From Bacteroidota bacterium (GTDB lineage: Bacteria > Bacteroidota > Bacteroidia > Bacteroidales > JAADJA01), in NCBI GenBank assembly GCA_020444515.1, contig JAHLKX010000003.1:384997-448996 (forward strand): DNA of 64,000 bases, read 5' to 3'. The position numbers and the translations under genes were made by a program. The notes under the pieces are model-generated. The model saw only the letters and a program-made list of their open reading frames with translations. It was not told the DNA's origin and ran no database searches. Shown here piece by piece: positions 50,382 through 60,676 of the stretch (its first letter is position 1; every line of letters begins with the position of its first letter).

Positions 50382-51641
50382 ATGAAAAAGACACTGTTAT
50401 TCATATTTGCTTTCTTACTTTTCCTCAATCTCAAGGCAGCCTATCTTCTCATTCCCATGGATGAAACGCAACAGAATCATCTGAAAGCTTATGGAATTGC
50501 GTATTGGATTTTGGAACAGGAAGTTGAAATTGACTGGTTACTCAATTATCGGGGTGGTAGTTTTATGTGCAAATACCATGATGCCATTGAACAGGAATGC
50601 GTTATTCGGGGGGTAAGCTATCAGATCATTGCTGATGCTCAATCAACGGCGATTTTGCTTGAAATTTCAGACCCCCAGGTAAATATGGATGCAGTAAAAC
50701 TTCATAAAGCTCCGAAAGTGGCAGTTTATTCTCCCAAAAATAAACAACCCTGGGATGATGCAGTCACGCTGGTGCTTACCTATGCAGAGATCCCATACGA
50801 CGTGGTGTATGATGAGGAAGTGATGGATATGAAACTACCCCTTTACGACTGGCTTCATTTACATCATGAGGATTTCACCGGTCAGTATGGAAAATTTTGG
50901 GCCCGTTATCGTGATGCCGAATGGTACAAAGAAGATGTTAAGGCAAATGAAGAAATAGCCCATAAATTAGGCTTTAGCAAAGTATCACAATGTAAATTGG
51001 CTGTTGCACAAAAGATCAGGGATTTCACTGCCGGAGGTGGTTACCTGTTTTCAATGTGCTCAGCGCCGGATAGCTATGATGTTGCCCTGGCCGCTGAGGG
51101 GGTAGATATTTGCGACTATATGTTTGATGGTGATCCCCCTGACCCCGATGCACAATCCAAACTCGATTATTCAAAATGCTTTGCTTTTACCGGTTTTACC
51201 ATCAGTACCAATCCATTTGAATATGAAATTTCATCCATTGATATCAATCCTGCACAGCGCAGGGCAAATACAAAAAATGATTATTTTTCGCTTTTTGAAT
51301 TTTCAGCCAAATGGGATCCTGTACCGACCATGCTATGTCAAAATCATACACAAGTGATAAAGGGATTTATGGGTCAGACAACTGCATTCAGAAAACAATA
51401 TGTCAAACCCAATGTACTGGTAATGGGAGAAAATAAGGGTTTGAATGAGGTTCGATACATTCACGGAGAATACGGAAAGGGTATGTGGACCTTTTTGGCT
51501 GGCCACGATCCTGAAGATTATCAGCATTTCGTGGGAGATCCTCCTACCGATCTGAACCTGCATCCAAATTCACCCGGATACAGGCTCATCCTAAACAATG
51601 TGTTGTTCCCGGCTGCGAAAAAGAAAAAACAGAAAACCTGA
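50382..51641 (+). CDS. Conserved secreted protein of unknown function
   Basis: Trimmed to ATG 50382 (MKKTLLFIFAFLLFLNLKA signal peptide). I recall similar Bacteroidota proteins being loosely annotated as asparagine synthetase B-like, but I see no catalytic motif to support that. Confidence 0.6.
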   Translation: MKKTLLFIFAFLLFLNLKAAYLLIPMDETQQNHLKAYGIAYWILEQEVEIDWLLNYRGGSFMCKYHDAIEQECVIRGVSYQIIADAQSTAILLEISDPQVNMDAVKLHKAPKVAVYSPKNKQPWDDAVTLVLTYAEIPYDVVYDEEVMDMKLPLYDWLHLHHEDFTGQYGKFWARYRDAEWYKEDVKANEEIAHKLGFSKVSQCKLAVAQKIRDFTAGGGYLFSMCSAPDSYDVALAAEGVDICDYMFDGDPPDPDAQSKLDYSKCFAFTGFTISTNPFEYEISSIDINPAQRRANTKNDYFSLFEFSAKWDPVPTMLCQNHTQVIKGFMGQTTAFRKQYVKPNVLVMGENKGLNEVRYIHGEYGKGMWTFLAGHDPEDYQHFVGDPPTDLNLHPNSPGYRLILNNVLFPAAKKKKQKT

Positions 51642-51686
51642 TCCTTTTTCATTCCCGTCTGACCGGAATATCAGACATTGAAGAAT

Positions 51687-53951
51687 TTAAAGATTCTGCT
51701 TCTTAATTAAATTCAAAGCACTTCCTGCCTTGAACCAGTCAATCTGGTTAGAATTATAGGTATGATTCACATTGAACTCATCGGTAGTTCCATCCTTATG
51801 ATGCAGTACAACCGAAAGTTGTTTTCCTTCTGAAAATTCAGTTAAACCCATCACATCAACAATGTCATCCTCTCTGACCTTATCATAATCGTCAGGATTA
51901 TCAAAGGTGATGGCCAACATCCCCTGCTTTTTCAAGTTGGTTTCATGAATCCGAGCAAAAGATTTCACAAGGACCACTTTCACCCCCATGTGACGGGGTT
52001 CCATGGCAGCGTGTTCACGTGAGGAACCTTCTCCATAATTTTCGTCGCCTACAACAATGGTTCCAATTCCCTTAGCTTTGTAAGCGCGGGCAGTATCGGG
52101 AACCGCCTCATAGTTTCCTGAAAGCTGATTCTTTACGGCATTGGTTTCATTATTATAATAATTGACTGCACCAATGAGCATATTGTTGGAAATATTGTCG
52201 AGATGACCCCGGTAGCGAAGCCAGGGACCGGCCATGGAAATATGATCGGTAGTACATTTACCTTTTGCTTTGATCAGCACCCTTAAGCCCTCGTAGTTTT
52301 TTCCATTCCAGGGTTCGAAAGGAGTGAGCAATTGTAACCGGTCAGAATCCGGTTTAACAATGACATCCACATCACTTCCATCTTTAGCTGGAGCCTGGTA
52401 TCCATTATCTTTAACATCAAACCCTTTTGGAGGAAAATCGATCCCTTTCGGTTCATCCAGCTTCACCTTTTCACCATTTTCATTGGTGAGGTAATCCGTC
52501 ATTGGATTAAAGGTTAGATCACCCGCAATGGCAAAGGCCGTTGTGATCTCTGGTGAAGCAACAAATCCATGGGTATTGGGATTTCCATCATTCCGCTTTG
52601 CAAAATTTCTGTTAAAGGAAGTCATGATGGAATTTTTACGCTCTTTATCCGCATTGTGACGCGCCCATTGGCCAATACAAGGGCCACAGGCATTGGCCAA
52701 AACCACCCCTCCAATTTTTTCAAAAATTTTCAAATAACCATCCCTGTCGACAGTGAATCGAACTTGTTCCGAACCAGGGGTAACAGTATATTCGGATTTA
52801 ACTTTCAATTTTTTATCGAGCGCTTGTTGGGCAATTGAAGCTGCCCGGGTGATATCTTCATATGAGCTATTGGTACAGGAACCGATTAATCCAACTTCCA
52901 GCTCCTGGGGCCAGCCGTTTTTCCTGACGGCTGCTGCAAATTCTGAAACAGGATGCGCCAGATCAGGTGTAAAAGGCCCGTTGATATGTGGTTCCAGTTC
53001 TGACAGATTGATTTCGATCACCCTGTCAAAATACTTCTCCGGATTTGCATAAACTTCCGGATCTCCGGTCAGGTGTTCCCGAACTTTATCTGCTTCTGCT
53101 GCAACTTCAGCCCTTTTTGTTCCGCGCAGATATGCTGCCATCTTCTCATCATAACCAAAAACTGAAGTTGTAGCACCAATTTCGGCACCCATATTACAAA
53201 TGGTTCCTTTTCCCGTACAACTGATATTTTTTGCACCTTCCCCGAAGTATTCAACAATTGCTCCGGTACCACCTTTAACAGTAAGAATACCAGCTACTTT
53301 CAGGATGACATCTTTGGCTGAAGCCCATCCACTCAATTTACCAGTTAATTTCACACCGATGAGTTTTGGGAATTTCAGTTCCCATGGCATGCCAGCCATC
53401 ACATCCACAGCATCAGCTCCACCCACTCCAATGGCAATCATTCCAAGTCCTCCGGCATTGACTGTATGAGAATCGGTTCCGATCATCATACCACCCGGGA
53501 ATGCATAGTTCTCCAGTACCACCTGATGGATAATCCCGGCGCCAGGTTTCCAGAATCCAAGACCATATTTATTGGAAACCGAAGCCAGAAAGTTAAAAAC
53601 CTCATTGTTGTTAACGAGTGCTGTTTTCAAATCCTGTTCCGCACCCACCTTAGCCTGAATAAGATGATCACAATGCACCGTGGAAGGAACTGCAACCTTT
53701 TCTTTACCGGCTTGCATAAATTGCAAAAGGGCCATTTGAGCTGTGGCATCTTGCATGGCCACCCGATCAGGACGAAAATCGACATATGATTTGCCTCGTT
53801 GGTAAGCCTGATTTGCTTCACCCTCATCAAGATGAGCATATAATATTTTTTCAGATAACGAAAGGGGTTTATTGGTAACCTTTCTTGCTGTATCAATTCG
53901 TTTCGCCATCCTGGCGTAAACTTCCTTTATCATATCTAGATCAAAAACCAT
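51687..53951 (-). CDS. acnA: Aconitate hydratase
   Basis: 754 aa. Fe-S ligand regions GTDSHT, GSCTNSS and [10 protein letters not shown], plus a swivel domain. Confidence 0.95.
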   Translation of the reverse strand: MVFDLDMIKEVYARMAKRIDTARKVTNKPLSLSEKILYAHLDEGEANQAYQRGKSYVDFRPDRVAMQDATAQMALLQFMQAGKEKVAVPSTVHCDHLIQAKVGAEQDLKTALVNNNEVFNFLASVSNKYGLGFWKPGAGIIHQVVLENYAFPGGMMIGTDSHTVNAGGLGMIAIGVGGADAVDVMAGMPWELKFPKLIGVKLTGKLSGWASAKDVILKVAGILTVKGGTGAIVEYFGEGAKNISCTGKGTICNMGAEIGATTSVFGYDEKMAAYLRGTKRAEVAAEADKVREHLTGDPEVYANPEKYFDRVIEINLSELEPHINGPFTPDLAHPVSEFAAAVRKNGWPQELEVGLIGSCTNSSYEDITRAASIAQQALDKKLKVKSEYTVTPGSEQVRFTVDRDGYLKIFEKIGGVVLANACGPCIGQWARHNADKERKNSIMTSFNRNFAKRNDGNPNTHGFVASPEITTAFAIAGDLTFNPMTDYLTNENGEKVKLDEPKGIDFPPKGFDVKDNGYQAPAKDGSDVDVIVKPDSDRLQLLTPFEPWNGKNYEGLRVLIKAKGKCTTDHISMAGPWLRYRGHLDNISNNMLIGAVNYYNNETNAVKNQLSGNYEAVPDTARAYKAKGIGTIVVGDENYGEGSSREHAAMEPRHMGVKVVLVKSFARIHETNLKKQGMLAITFDNPDDYDKVREDDIVDVMGLTEFSEGKQLSVVLHHKDGTTDEFNVNHTYNSNQIDWFKAGSALNLIKKQNL

Positions 53952-54057
53952 AAGAATAAATATTTCAGATAGAAAAAAAATTATCGATTACTGAAAACAA
54001 CAATCAATCGAATTCAATTTATTTATAACTGCCTTAATTCCGTTATTTTCAGGGGTG

Positions 54058-54065
54058 CAAAGATA
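54058..54065 (-). promoter_or_regulatory. -7 promoter box (TATCTTTG on the minus strand) upstream of aconitase
   Basis: The plus-strand CAAAGATA reverse-complements to TATCTTTG, about 105 nt upstream of the ATG at 53951. Confidence 0.4.
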
Positions 54066-54438
54066 CAGTAAATCTTGAAAAAAAGAAACAGGATCCTGAT
54101 CATATCCGTAGAGATGGATATCCACTCTTCCTTTCAACTTGTTGGCAAATTAAAAATAAGAACTGGAAATATTTTTAACTATTAGTACAAAATTATTTGC
54201 TTCCTGAGTATCCTTATTAATGTTTATCATCTAGGGTTAATATTTGGAATTATATACCCAATGTATACTAAATGAGCACATTACTTACCAACAAATAGAT
54301 GAACATTTAATATGCATCGTATTTTTTTCATGAATGGGAGAGGACATACTTTTCCGTATCTAAAATAAAATCAATAAATTATAAAACTCAATTCAGAAAT
54401 TACCGTTAAAGGGTTAGAACTATTATCTAGAGCTGAAT

Positions 54439-56712
54439 ATGAAACATATTCAATTATTGTTTTTTCTGACCGCTTTATTGCATTTTTTTGCTTTTTCCAA
54501 CCCGGAAGAGGAAAAACAAAAAGTTGTACAGGCCATTGATAGTCTTGAAGTATTTGTGTATACAACTCCGATCAACAATGAAACAAAGACTGACTTGATT
54601 GTCAGCTGCAACAAACTTGCGCTACTATATCGACAGCTACCTGATAAAAAACAAATTGAATATGCCACCCGTCTTCAAATGATCACTGATCGGATCAATG
54701 ACCCAGATTTAACCATCAATATTTTACAAATTCTTGCTGATGCCCAATATAAACTTGACAACAACGAAGAAGCAATAGAACTCAATTATAAAATATTTAA
54801 CCTTTATAGCATTCGCAATGATGAAGTCAATACAGCCAAAGCGCTGATGAAAATTGGCCATAATTATTATAATCAAAACAAATATATCAAGGCAAAGGAT
54901 TATTATGAACGTGCTTTAAGTACCTTCAAGAAAAATCAGTATTTTACAGGAATTGCCGAATCTCTGCAACGGATCGCACTGATCCTCAGTCATTGGGGCG
55001 AATATGATGAAGCATTGAACCATAACTTTGAAGCCCTTAACTTTTGGAAGGAAATAGGAGATATTCTGCAAATCGCCAACGTTAATTTTAGTATAGGAAC
55101 CATATACCAGGAACTGGGTGATTTGGACAGGGCCAAGGAATGTTTTCACAAGAGTCTGAATCTTTACCAGGAATTGAACAGTACTTTTGAACTGGTAAAA
55201 ACCACTTCACACATAGGTGATATTTACCTGGAGGAAAAGCAATATGATGAAGCGCTTGAATATTATCAAAAAGCTGAACTTATTGGGAAGCAGGCAAACA
55301 GCATTAAACTTAAGGCTGAGGCTGCTTTCAATATTGGCAAGGCTTACAATTTAAAAGGTGACCATTATAAAGCGATTGATTATCAAAGGGCGGCACTTAA
55401 GTTAAATGAGGAACTCGGGGATAAGAAGGCGCTTGCAGAAAATTATGCTGAGTTGGGACTTGTTTATTTCAATTTCACACACTACGACAGGGCTTTGTAT
55501 TACTTTAAAAAAGGTCTTGATATAAGCCTTGAAATTAATTATAAATTTCAAAACAATATCTATTACCAGTATCTATCAGAAGTTTATGCTATATTGGGGA
55601 ATTATGAAGACGCATACCGATACTATAAATTATACATTTCCGGTCGCGATCAAATCTCATCCGAGGAAGCCAAACAAAAAACTGCAGAATTGCAGGCCAA
55701 ATATCAGCTTTCAGTCAAAGAAAAAGAAAATGAACGACTCAGACACAATGAACAACTTCACAGGGCACAAATAAAAAACCAATGGTTATTGATGGGTTTT
55801 GTGGCGTTTGCACTTATACTTCTGATCGTATTGGCTACAATTTTTCGTCGTCGCTATAAGCAAAACCGACGGCTAAATGTGCAATTATCCCTCAAAAATA
55901 ATGAGATTGAGAATCACCGAAAAAAAGTTGAACACCTTAATGCTGACTTGCAGGAAGCCAATGCAGCCAAAGATCGGTTTTTCTCGATTATTGCCCACGA
56001 CTTAAAAAATCCCTTCAATTCATTAATGGGACTTGTCGACCTCTTAATTGAGGAATTTCAGTCATTTAAAGAGAAAGAGCAGCTGGAATTTTTACACCAA
56101 ATCAAAGCATCCTCTGATAAAATTTATGCCTTGCTGCAAAATCTCCTCATGTGGGGCAGTAACCAACTTGGGAAAACTGAGGTTGTCAAAGAAAAGATTG
56201 ACTTATCGAAAACAGCAAGGGAGTCGGTCACCTTGATACAATCCCTGGCAGATAAAAAGAATATTACCCTCGAAATGAATATTCCTCCCAATACATGGGC
56301 TTATGCTGATAAAAATATGGTATCAACCATTCTGCTGAATCTTGTCACCAATGCCATTAAATTTACACCCCAAGACGGAACGGTTGAAGTGCAATGCTTC
56401 AATAAAACAAATCATGTAGAGGTCATGGTTGCCGACTCGGGTGTTGGTATATCTCCTAAAAATCTGGAACAACTTTTTAAAATTGATTCGAAGGTACAAA
56501 GTACTGGAACCGAAAATGAAAAAGGGACCGGTTTGGGATTGATCCTTTGCAAAGAGTTTATTGAAAAGAACAATGGTCGAATATGGGCCGAAAGTATTGA
56601 GGGCAGTGGAAGCTGGTTTTATTTCACCCTTCCTGTTTCAGAAGACTCCGTCATTGAAGAACCCATTTCTCCCACTCAAAAGATTAAATTCAGTACCCTC
56701 TCAGCACAATAA
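54439..56712 (+). CDS. TPR-repeat sensor histidine kinase (no adjacent response regulator)
   Basis: Signal peptide, multiple TPR-like repeats, one TM helix (WLLMGFVAFALILLIVLATIF), the H-box FFSIIAHDLKNP, and HATPase N/G boxes (NLVTNAIKFT, DSGVGI, GTGLGL). Confidence 0.9.
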   Translation: MKHIQLLFFLTALLHFFAFSNPEEEKQKVVQAIDSLEVFVYTTPINNETKTDLIVSCNKLALLYRQLPDKKQIEYATRLQMITDRINDPDLTINILQILADAQYKLDNNEEAIELNYKIFNLYSIRNDEVNTAKALMKIGHNYYNQNKYIKAKDYYERALSTFKKNQYFTGIAESLQRIALILSHWGEYDEALNHNFEALNFWKEIGDILQIANVNFSIGTIYQELGDLDRAKECFHKSLNLYQELNSTFELVKTTSHIGDIYLEEKQYDEALEYYQKAELIGKQANSIKLKAEAAFNIGKAYNLKGDHYKAIDYQRAALKLNEELGDKKALAENYAELGLVYFNFTHYDRALYYFKKGLDISLEINYKFQNNIYYQYLSEVYAILGNYEDAYRYYKLYISGRDQISSEEAKQKTAELQAKYQLSVKEKENERLRHNEQLHRAQIKNQWLLMGFVAFALILLIVLATIFRRRYKQNRRLNVQLSLKNNEIENHRKKVEHLNADLQEANAAKDRFFSIIAHDLKNPFNSLMGLVDLLIEEFQSFKEKEQLEFLHQIKASSDKIYALLQNLLMWGSNQLGKTEVVKEKIDLSKTARESVTLIQSLADKKNITLEMNIPPNTWAYADKNMVSTILLNLVTNAIKFTPQDGTVEVQCFNKTNHVEVMVADSGVGISPKNLEQLFKIDSKVQSTGTENEKGTGLGLILCKEFIEKNNGRIWAESIEGSGSWFYFTLPVSEDSVIEEPISPTQKIKFSTLSAQ

Positions 56713-56791
56713 TTGCGTTGTGTCAGGAGTCTTTTTTCTGATATGTTTATTACTATGGCTTAAATGCTTCTCATAACAAGCATTTTTTGGT

Positions 56792-57484
56792 CTATAGCAA
56801 AATAAATCTGATGGGCATATTAAACTGAACCCGTACCGGAATATTCCTTTGTTTGCCAGGAATCCATTTAGGCATGTTTTCTACCACTCTAAGGGCCTCC
56901 TCATCACAGCCTCCTCCAATTCCACGTAAAATTTCGACATTTGTAATCTCTCCATTTTTTTCCACGACAAATGTTACATAAACAATCCCTTCTATTCCTG
57001 CCTCACGTGCTATGACAGGATACTCAAGATTTTCGGAAAGATACTTGAGTCTTTCCCTTTCCCCACCCGGAAACTCCGGCATCGATTCAACCACTACAAA
57101 AACAGGCTCCTCTGCTTCTTCTTCCTCATCCTGCATATCCACCGGGTTAAAAGGCACATACGTTTCAATCCTGGTTTCCTGATCAGCTTCCACATTGATT
57201 TCCAGCTCATCTTCAACTTCCATCTCATTTTCTACAATCTCGATGAGAGTTGTTTGTTGGTCCGTTTTTGGAGGGGGCAGTTCAGGAGGCTTCTGGATCG
57301 TAACTTCACCCAATTCTTCCTGTTCTTGTGCCATCATTAGCAGATTCAGGTCAATTTCCGAACTTTTAAAGCTTTTAACCTCAAAAGAGAATAAAATAGC
57401 ACCGAGGGCAATGATCAGCCCGATCTCAAAAAATATAGTCCGCTTGTGTTCCAGATCAGCTTTGGATGTTGGTAAGGTTCTCAT
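56792..57484 (-). CDS. TonB family energy transducer
   Basis: N-terminal TM helix, a Pro/Glu-rich linker, and the C-terminal TonB domain (PEFPGGERERLKYL...GIEGIVYVTFVVEKNGEI). Confidence 0.85.
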   Translation of the reverse strand: MRTLPTSKADLEHKRTIFFEIGLIIALGAILFSFEVKSFKSSEIDLNLLMMAQEQEELGEVTIQKPPELPPPKTDQQTTLIEIVENEMEVEDELEINVEADQETRIETYVPFNPVDMQDEEEEAEEPVFVVVESMPEFPGGERERLKYLSENLEYPVIAREAGIEGIVYVTFVVEKNGEITNVEILRGIGGGCDEEALRVVENMPKWIPGKQRNIPVRVQFNMPIRFILL

Positions 57485-57673
57485 GGCATTGCGTTTTAAA
57501 TATTATTGAAATAATCTATCTTTAAAAAAGATTAATGATCCTAAAACCACTGATAATAAAACGTTTGAATATGACATTTAGATATATTATATATATGATT
57601 TATTTCTATATTTATCAAAGGCTGGGCTTATTGCCTATTTGAACTATTTTTGCTTCGAATTAGATCTTAAATA

Positions 57674-58183
57674 ATGATTCAAAAAGAAACTGGAGTCAGG
57701 GCAACATTAAGACGGTTGATTGAATGGATGTACATCCCTTTCCAGGCCATGATCCCGCCTGAAACCTTCAGATATGCAGCTACCGGTGGATTGAATACAG
57801 CATTTGATATTTTCCTTTATTTTTGTTTTTACCATTACATCCTCCAGCAGCAAATTGTTGATTTGGGATTTGTTGCTATCAGTCCGCACATTGCATCCTT
57901 TCTTTTTGTATTTCCCATAACCTTTACTTCAGGATTTCTGCTTGCTCGATATATAACATTTACGAGTTCACAGATCCGTGGCAGGATCCAATTATTTCGA
58001 TATGGATTATCGGTACTGGGAGCAATTTTGTTGAATTATGTCTTCCTTAAATTCTTTGTTGAGGTTGTCCATATATGGCCGACCATTGCCAAAATCTTCA
58101 CCACCATCTTTGTGGTTGCTTATAGTTATTTAATTCAGCGCTACTTTACATTCAGAACCGGAACGATTAGAAAAAAAAGTTAA
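57674..58183 (+). CDS. GtrA family membrane protein
   Basis: Four TM helices, with RYAATGGLNTAFDIFLYF typical of GtrA-like proteins. Confidence 0.75.
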   Translation: MIQKETGVRATLRRLIEWMYIPFQAMIPPETFRYAATGGLNTAFDIFLYFCFYHYILQQQIVDLGFVAISPHIASFLFVFPITFTSGFLLARYITFTSSQIRGRIQLFRYGLSVLGAILLNYVFLKFFVEVVHIWPTIAKIFTTIFVVAYSYLIQRYFTFRTGTIRKKS

Positions 58184-58253
58184 AGTGGAATCCATCCTGA
58201 ACGATTATATTAAAACCAATCGATTGAACAGGTTATGGCCTGTGATTGCTAAC

Positions 58254-58290
58254 AAATAGGTATAGAAGATTTTCTACACTACCTATTTTT
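58254..58290 (+). terminator. Hairpin terminator after the GtrA-like gene
   Basis: AAATAGGTA-TAGAA / TTCTA-(CAC)-TACCTATTT, followed by TT. Confidence 0.5.
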
Positions 58291-58401
58291 ATGGGTAAAA
58301 TATCCACACAATTTGTACTAAAAGAGTCTATTTTATTGTTGGTATAGATATTGACGTGAGGTAAACAAAAATAAATCTTTAACTAATAAACTTTAAATAC
58401 T

Positions 58402-58722
58402 ATGGCAAATAAAACAACAAATGCAATTATTGGATTTATCGCAGGAGCTGCAACCGGCGCTGCTGTTGGAATTCTTTTTGCACCTGACAAAGGATCAAAA
58501 ACAAGGAAAAAGATCAAAAAACAAACAAAAGACATCACCAGTGACCTGAAATCAAACATTGATAAAACAGTGGATGACATGAAGGACTATGTATCCAACG
58601 TTGCGGATGACATCAAAAATAGAATGTCGAAAGTAGAAAGCGACGTAAAGGATAAAATCAATAAAGAAGCCGAAAAAGTAGCAGAAAAAACCAAGGCTGC
58701 CACCAGTGCTTCAAAGAAATAA
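58402..58722 (+). CDS. YtxH domain protein
   Basis: GFIAGAATGAAVGILFAPDKGSKTRKKI is the YtxH signature. Confidence 0.85.
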   Translation: MANKTTNAIIGFIAGAATGAAVGILFAPDKGSKTRKKIKKQTKDITSDLKSNIDKTVDDMKDYVSNVADDIKNRMSKVESDVKDKINKEAEKVAEKTKAATSASKK

Positions 58723-58756
58723 AGGTTAATCCAATCACTTACCTCAACACAACTTT

Positions 58757-59125
58757 ATGGCTAATCAATCAATTGTGGACACCTTCGGGGAATTGAATGC
58801 TGCGACAAAGAAATACATCCAGGCACACATCGATCTTTTCAAAGTACGAATGCTTGAGAAATTGATCCGGATAGGAACGTATTTCTTTTCGGCCTTTACC
58901 CTGATTATTGCCATGGCTTTTATTCTAATTAGCCTTACGTTTGCTTTCACCTTCTGGTATGGAAGTAATTATGGTACATTGTCCGAGGGGTTTCTGATTT
59001 CAGCTGGTTTTTATTTGGTATTGGCCATATTTTTATATGCCTTCAGAAAGCAGCTATTCACAAACAATATCATTAAAAATATGGCCAATATTCTATTTTC
59101 TGATGATGAGGATGATAAACTGTAA
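58757..59125 (+). CDS. Holin-X-like (phage holin family annotation) two-TM membrane protein
   Basis: Two long TM helices after an amphipathic N-terminus. It is the usual partner of YtxH genes in Bacteroidota. Confidence 0.65.
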   Translation: MANQSIVDTFGELNAATKKYIQAHIDLFKVRMLEKLIRIGTYFFSAFTLIIAMAFILISLTFAFTFWYGSNYGTLSEGFLISAGFYLVLAIFLYAFRKQLFTNNIIKNMANILFSDDEDDKL

Positions 59126-59128
59126 CAG

Positions 59129-59353
59129 ATGAAAGACCTATCTGAACTTAAAAAACTGAGAAGCATCAATGATGTCATGCGACTTAAGGAACGTTTGAGA
59201 TATGACGTTTTGATCAGTGAGCAACACCTGAAATCAAGCATGAGCAACCTGAAGATTTCATTTTTTGATTCAATCAGAGATACATTAAGAAGTTACGGTC
59301 AGGAAATGATCAAACATGTTATTCTCGGCATTATAAACCGGGCTCGTGAATAA
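59129..59353 (+). CDS. Small hypothetical protein, third member of the YtxH cluster
   Basis: 74-aa ORF, 3 nt downstream of the previous gene. Confidence 0.5.
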   Translation: MKDLSELKKLRSINDVMRLKERLRYDVLISEQHLKSSMSNLKISFFDSIRDTLRSYGQEMIKHVILGIINRARE

Positions 59354-59361
59354 ATCAGGAT

Positions 59362-60630
59362 TTATTCATCACGGAGTGCATCAATAGGTTTGATACGAAT
59401 AGCTCTGCGGGCTGGTATCAAACCAGCAACAGCACCCGATAAAATCAGAATTAAAAGGGAAAGAATAGCCACCTGGAAATCAACTTCAGGCCGCTGGAAC
59501 ATTTCATTGTCTGTACCAAATTTGATCAGGAGATAATTAATCAGCTCTACGAAACCAACACCTGCTACTAAACCAAAATATCCTGCAATGGATGTCAAAA
59601 AAACAGACTCAGTAATGATTTGTGACATGATTTGCAAAGGCGAAGCTCCCAGGGCTCTTTGAATTCCGATCTCCTTGGTGCGCTCTTTCACAATTACAAG
59701 CATGATGTTACTGATTCCGATAACTCCAGCAATGAGTGTACCAATACCTACTATCCATATGAGTCCCGCAATTCCATTGAATAAACCTTTCATCTGATTA
59801 AATTCTTCTTCCAAATTAAAATGGCCGAAGGCTTCTTTATCATCGGGGTGAACCGTATGACGGGCAGCCATGAAACTCAATACTTTTTCTTCAACAACTG
59901 ATGCTGGAACATCGTCTCTGGAGGTAATAGAAAACCATCCAACAATATCACCGTAATTATAGGTTCGCTGCAGCGTTGTTAACGGAATATAGATACTTTG
60001 CTCTTTTTCACCTCCAAAGCTGATGTTGGTATTTAGGGGAACAAACACACCAACTACCTGAAAATAAATACCTTGAATTTTAATATATTCCCCTACGGGG
60101 TTCTCATCAGGCTCAAATAAAACATCTCTTACTCGTGTTCCAATGACTGCTACCTTGCGTTTTTGTTCAATGTCGAGTTCATTTAAAAACCGACCTTCAA
60201 CAATATTCATGGGATCGATTTTATTCCAGTCAGGATATTCACCCATGATAGAAAAAGCCCCGGTTTTATCTTTTCGCATGGTGTTGTTCGTCCCATCACC
60301 CGAGGACCAACCCTGTATTTTGGGTGCCAGGTATTTAATTTCAGGAATGTTATTTCTCAATGCTTCAATATCATCATTCCTAAAGAAAAAACTTCTTCCA
60401 CGCGGAAATCCTTTATATGGCATGGTTGTACGCTGTGTCCATACAAATACGCTGTTGGTCGCAAAATTTCCCATCCCTGAGGACACACCATTTTCCAATC
60501 CGGCTCCCGAGCCAAGCATGATGATCAGCATGAAAATTCCCCAAAACACACCAAAGGCGGTCATGAACGTCCGTAATTTGTTCTTTTTAAGCGTATGAAA
60601 TATTTCCTGCCAGCGATCCCGATCGAACAT
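59362..60630 (-). CDS. ABC transporter permease, MacB/FtsX family
   Basis: N-terminal TM helix (LRTFMTAFGVFWGIFMLIIML), a large periplasmic domain, and the C-terminal FtsX domain (KERTKEIGIQRALGA). Confidence 0.9.
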   Translation of the reverse strand: MFDRDRWQEIFHTLKKNKLRTFMTAFGVFWGIFMLIIMLGSGAGLENGVSSGMGNFATNSVFVWTQRTTMPYKGFPRGRSFFFRNDDIEALRNNIPEIKYLAPKIQGWSSGDGTNNTMRKDKTGAFSIMGEYPDWNKIDPMNIVEGRFLNELDIEQKRKVAVIGTRVRDVLFEPDENPVGEYIKIQGIYFQVVGVFVPLNTNISFGGEKEQSIYIPLTTLQRTYNYGDIVGWFSITSRDDVPASVVEEKVLSFMAARHTVHPDDKEAFGHFNLEEEFNQMKGLFNGIAGLIWIVGIGTLIAGVIGISNIMLVIVKERTKEIGIQRALGASPLQIMSQIITESVFLTSIAGYFGLVAGVGFVELINYLLIKFGTDNEMFQRPEVDFQVAILSLLILILSGAVAGLIPARRAIRIKPIDALRDE

Positions 60631-60676
60631 ATATTTGAGCTAGTCTTATTTAAATTCCTATAAAAAATCCACAGAA

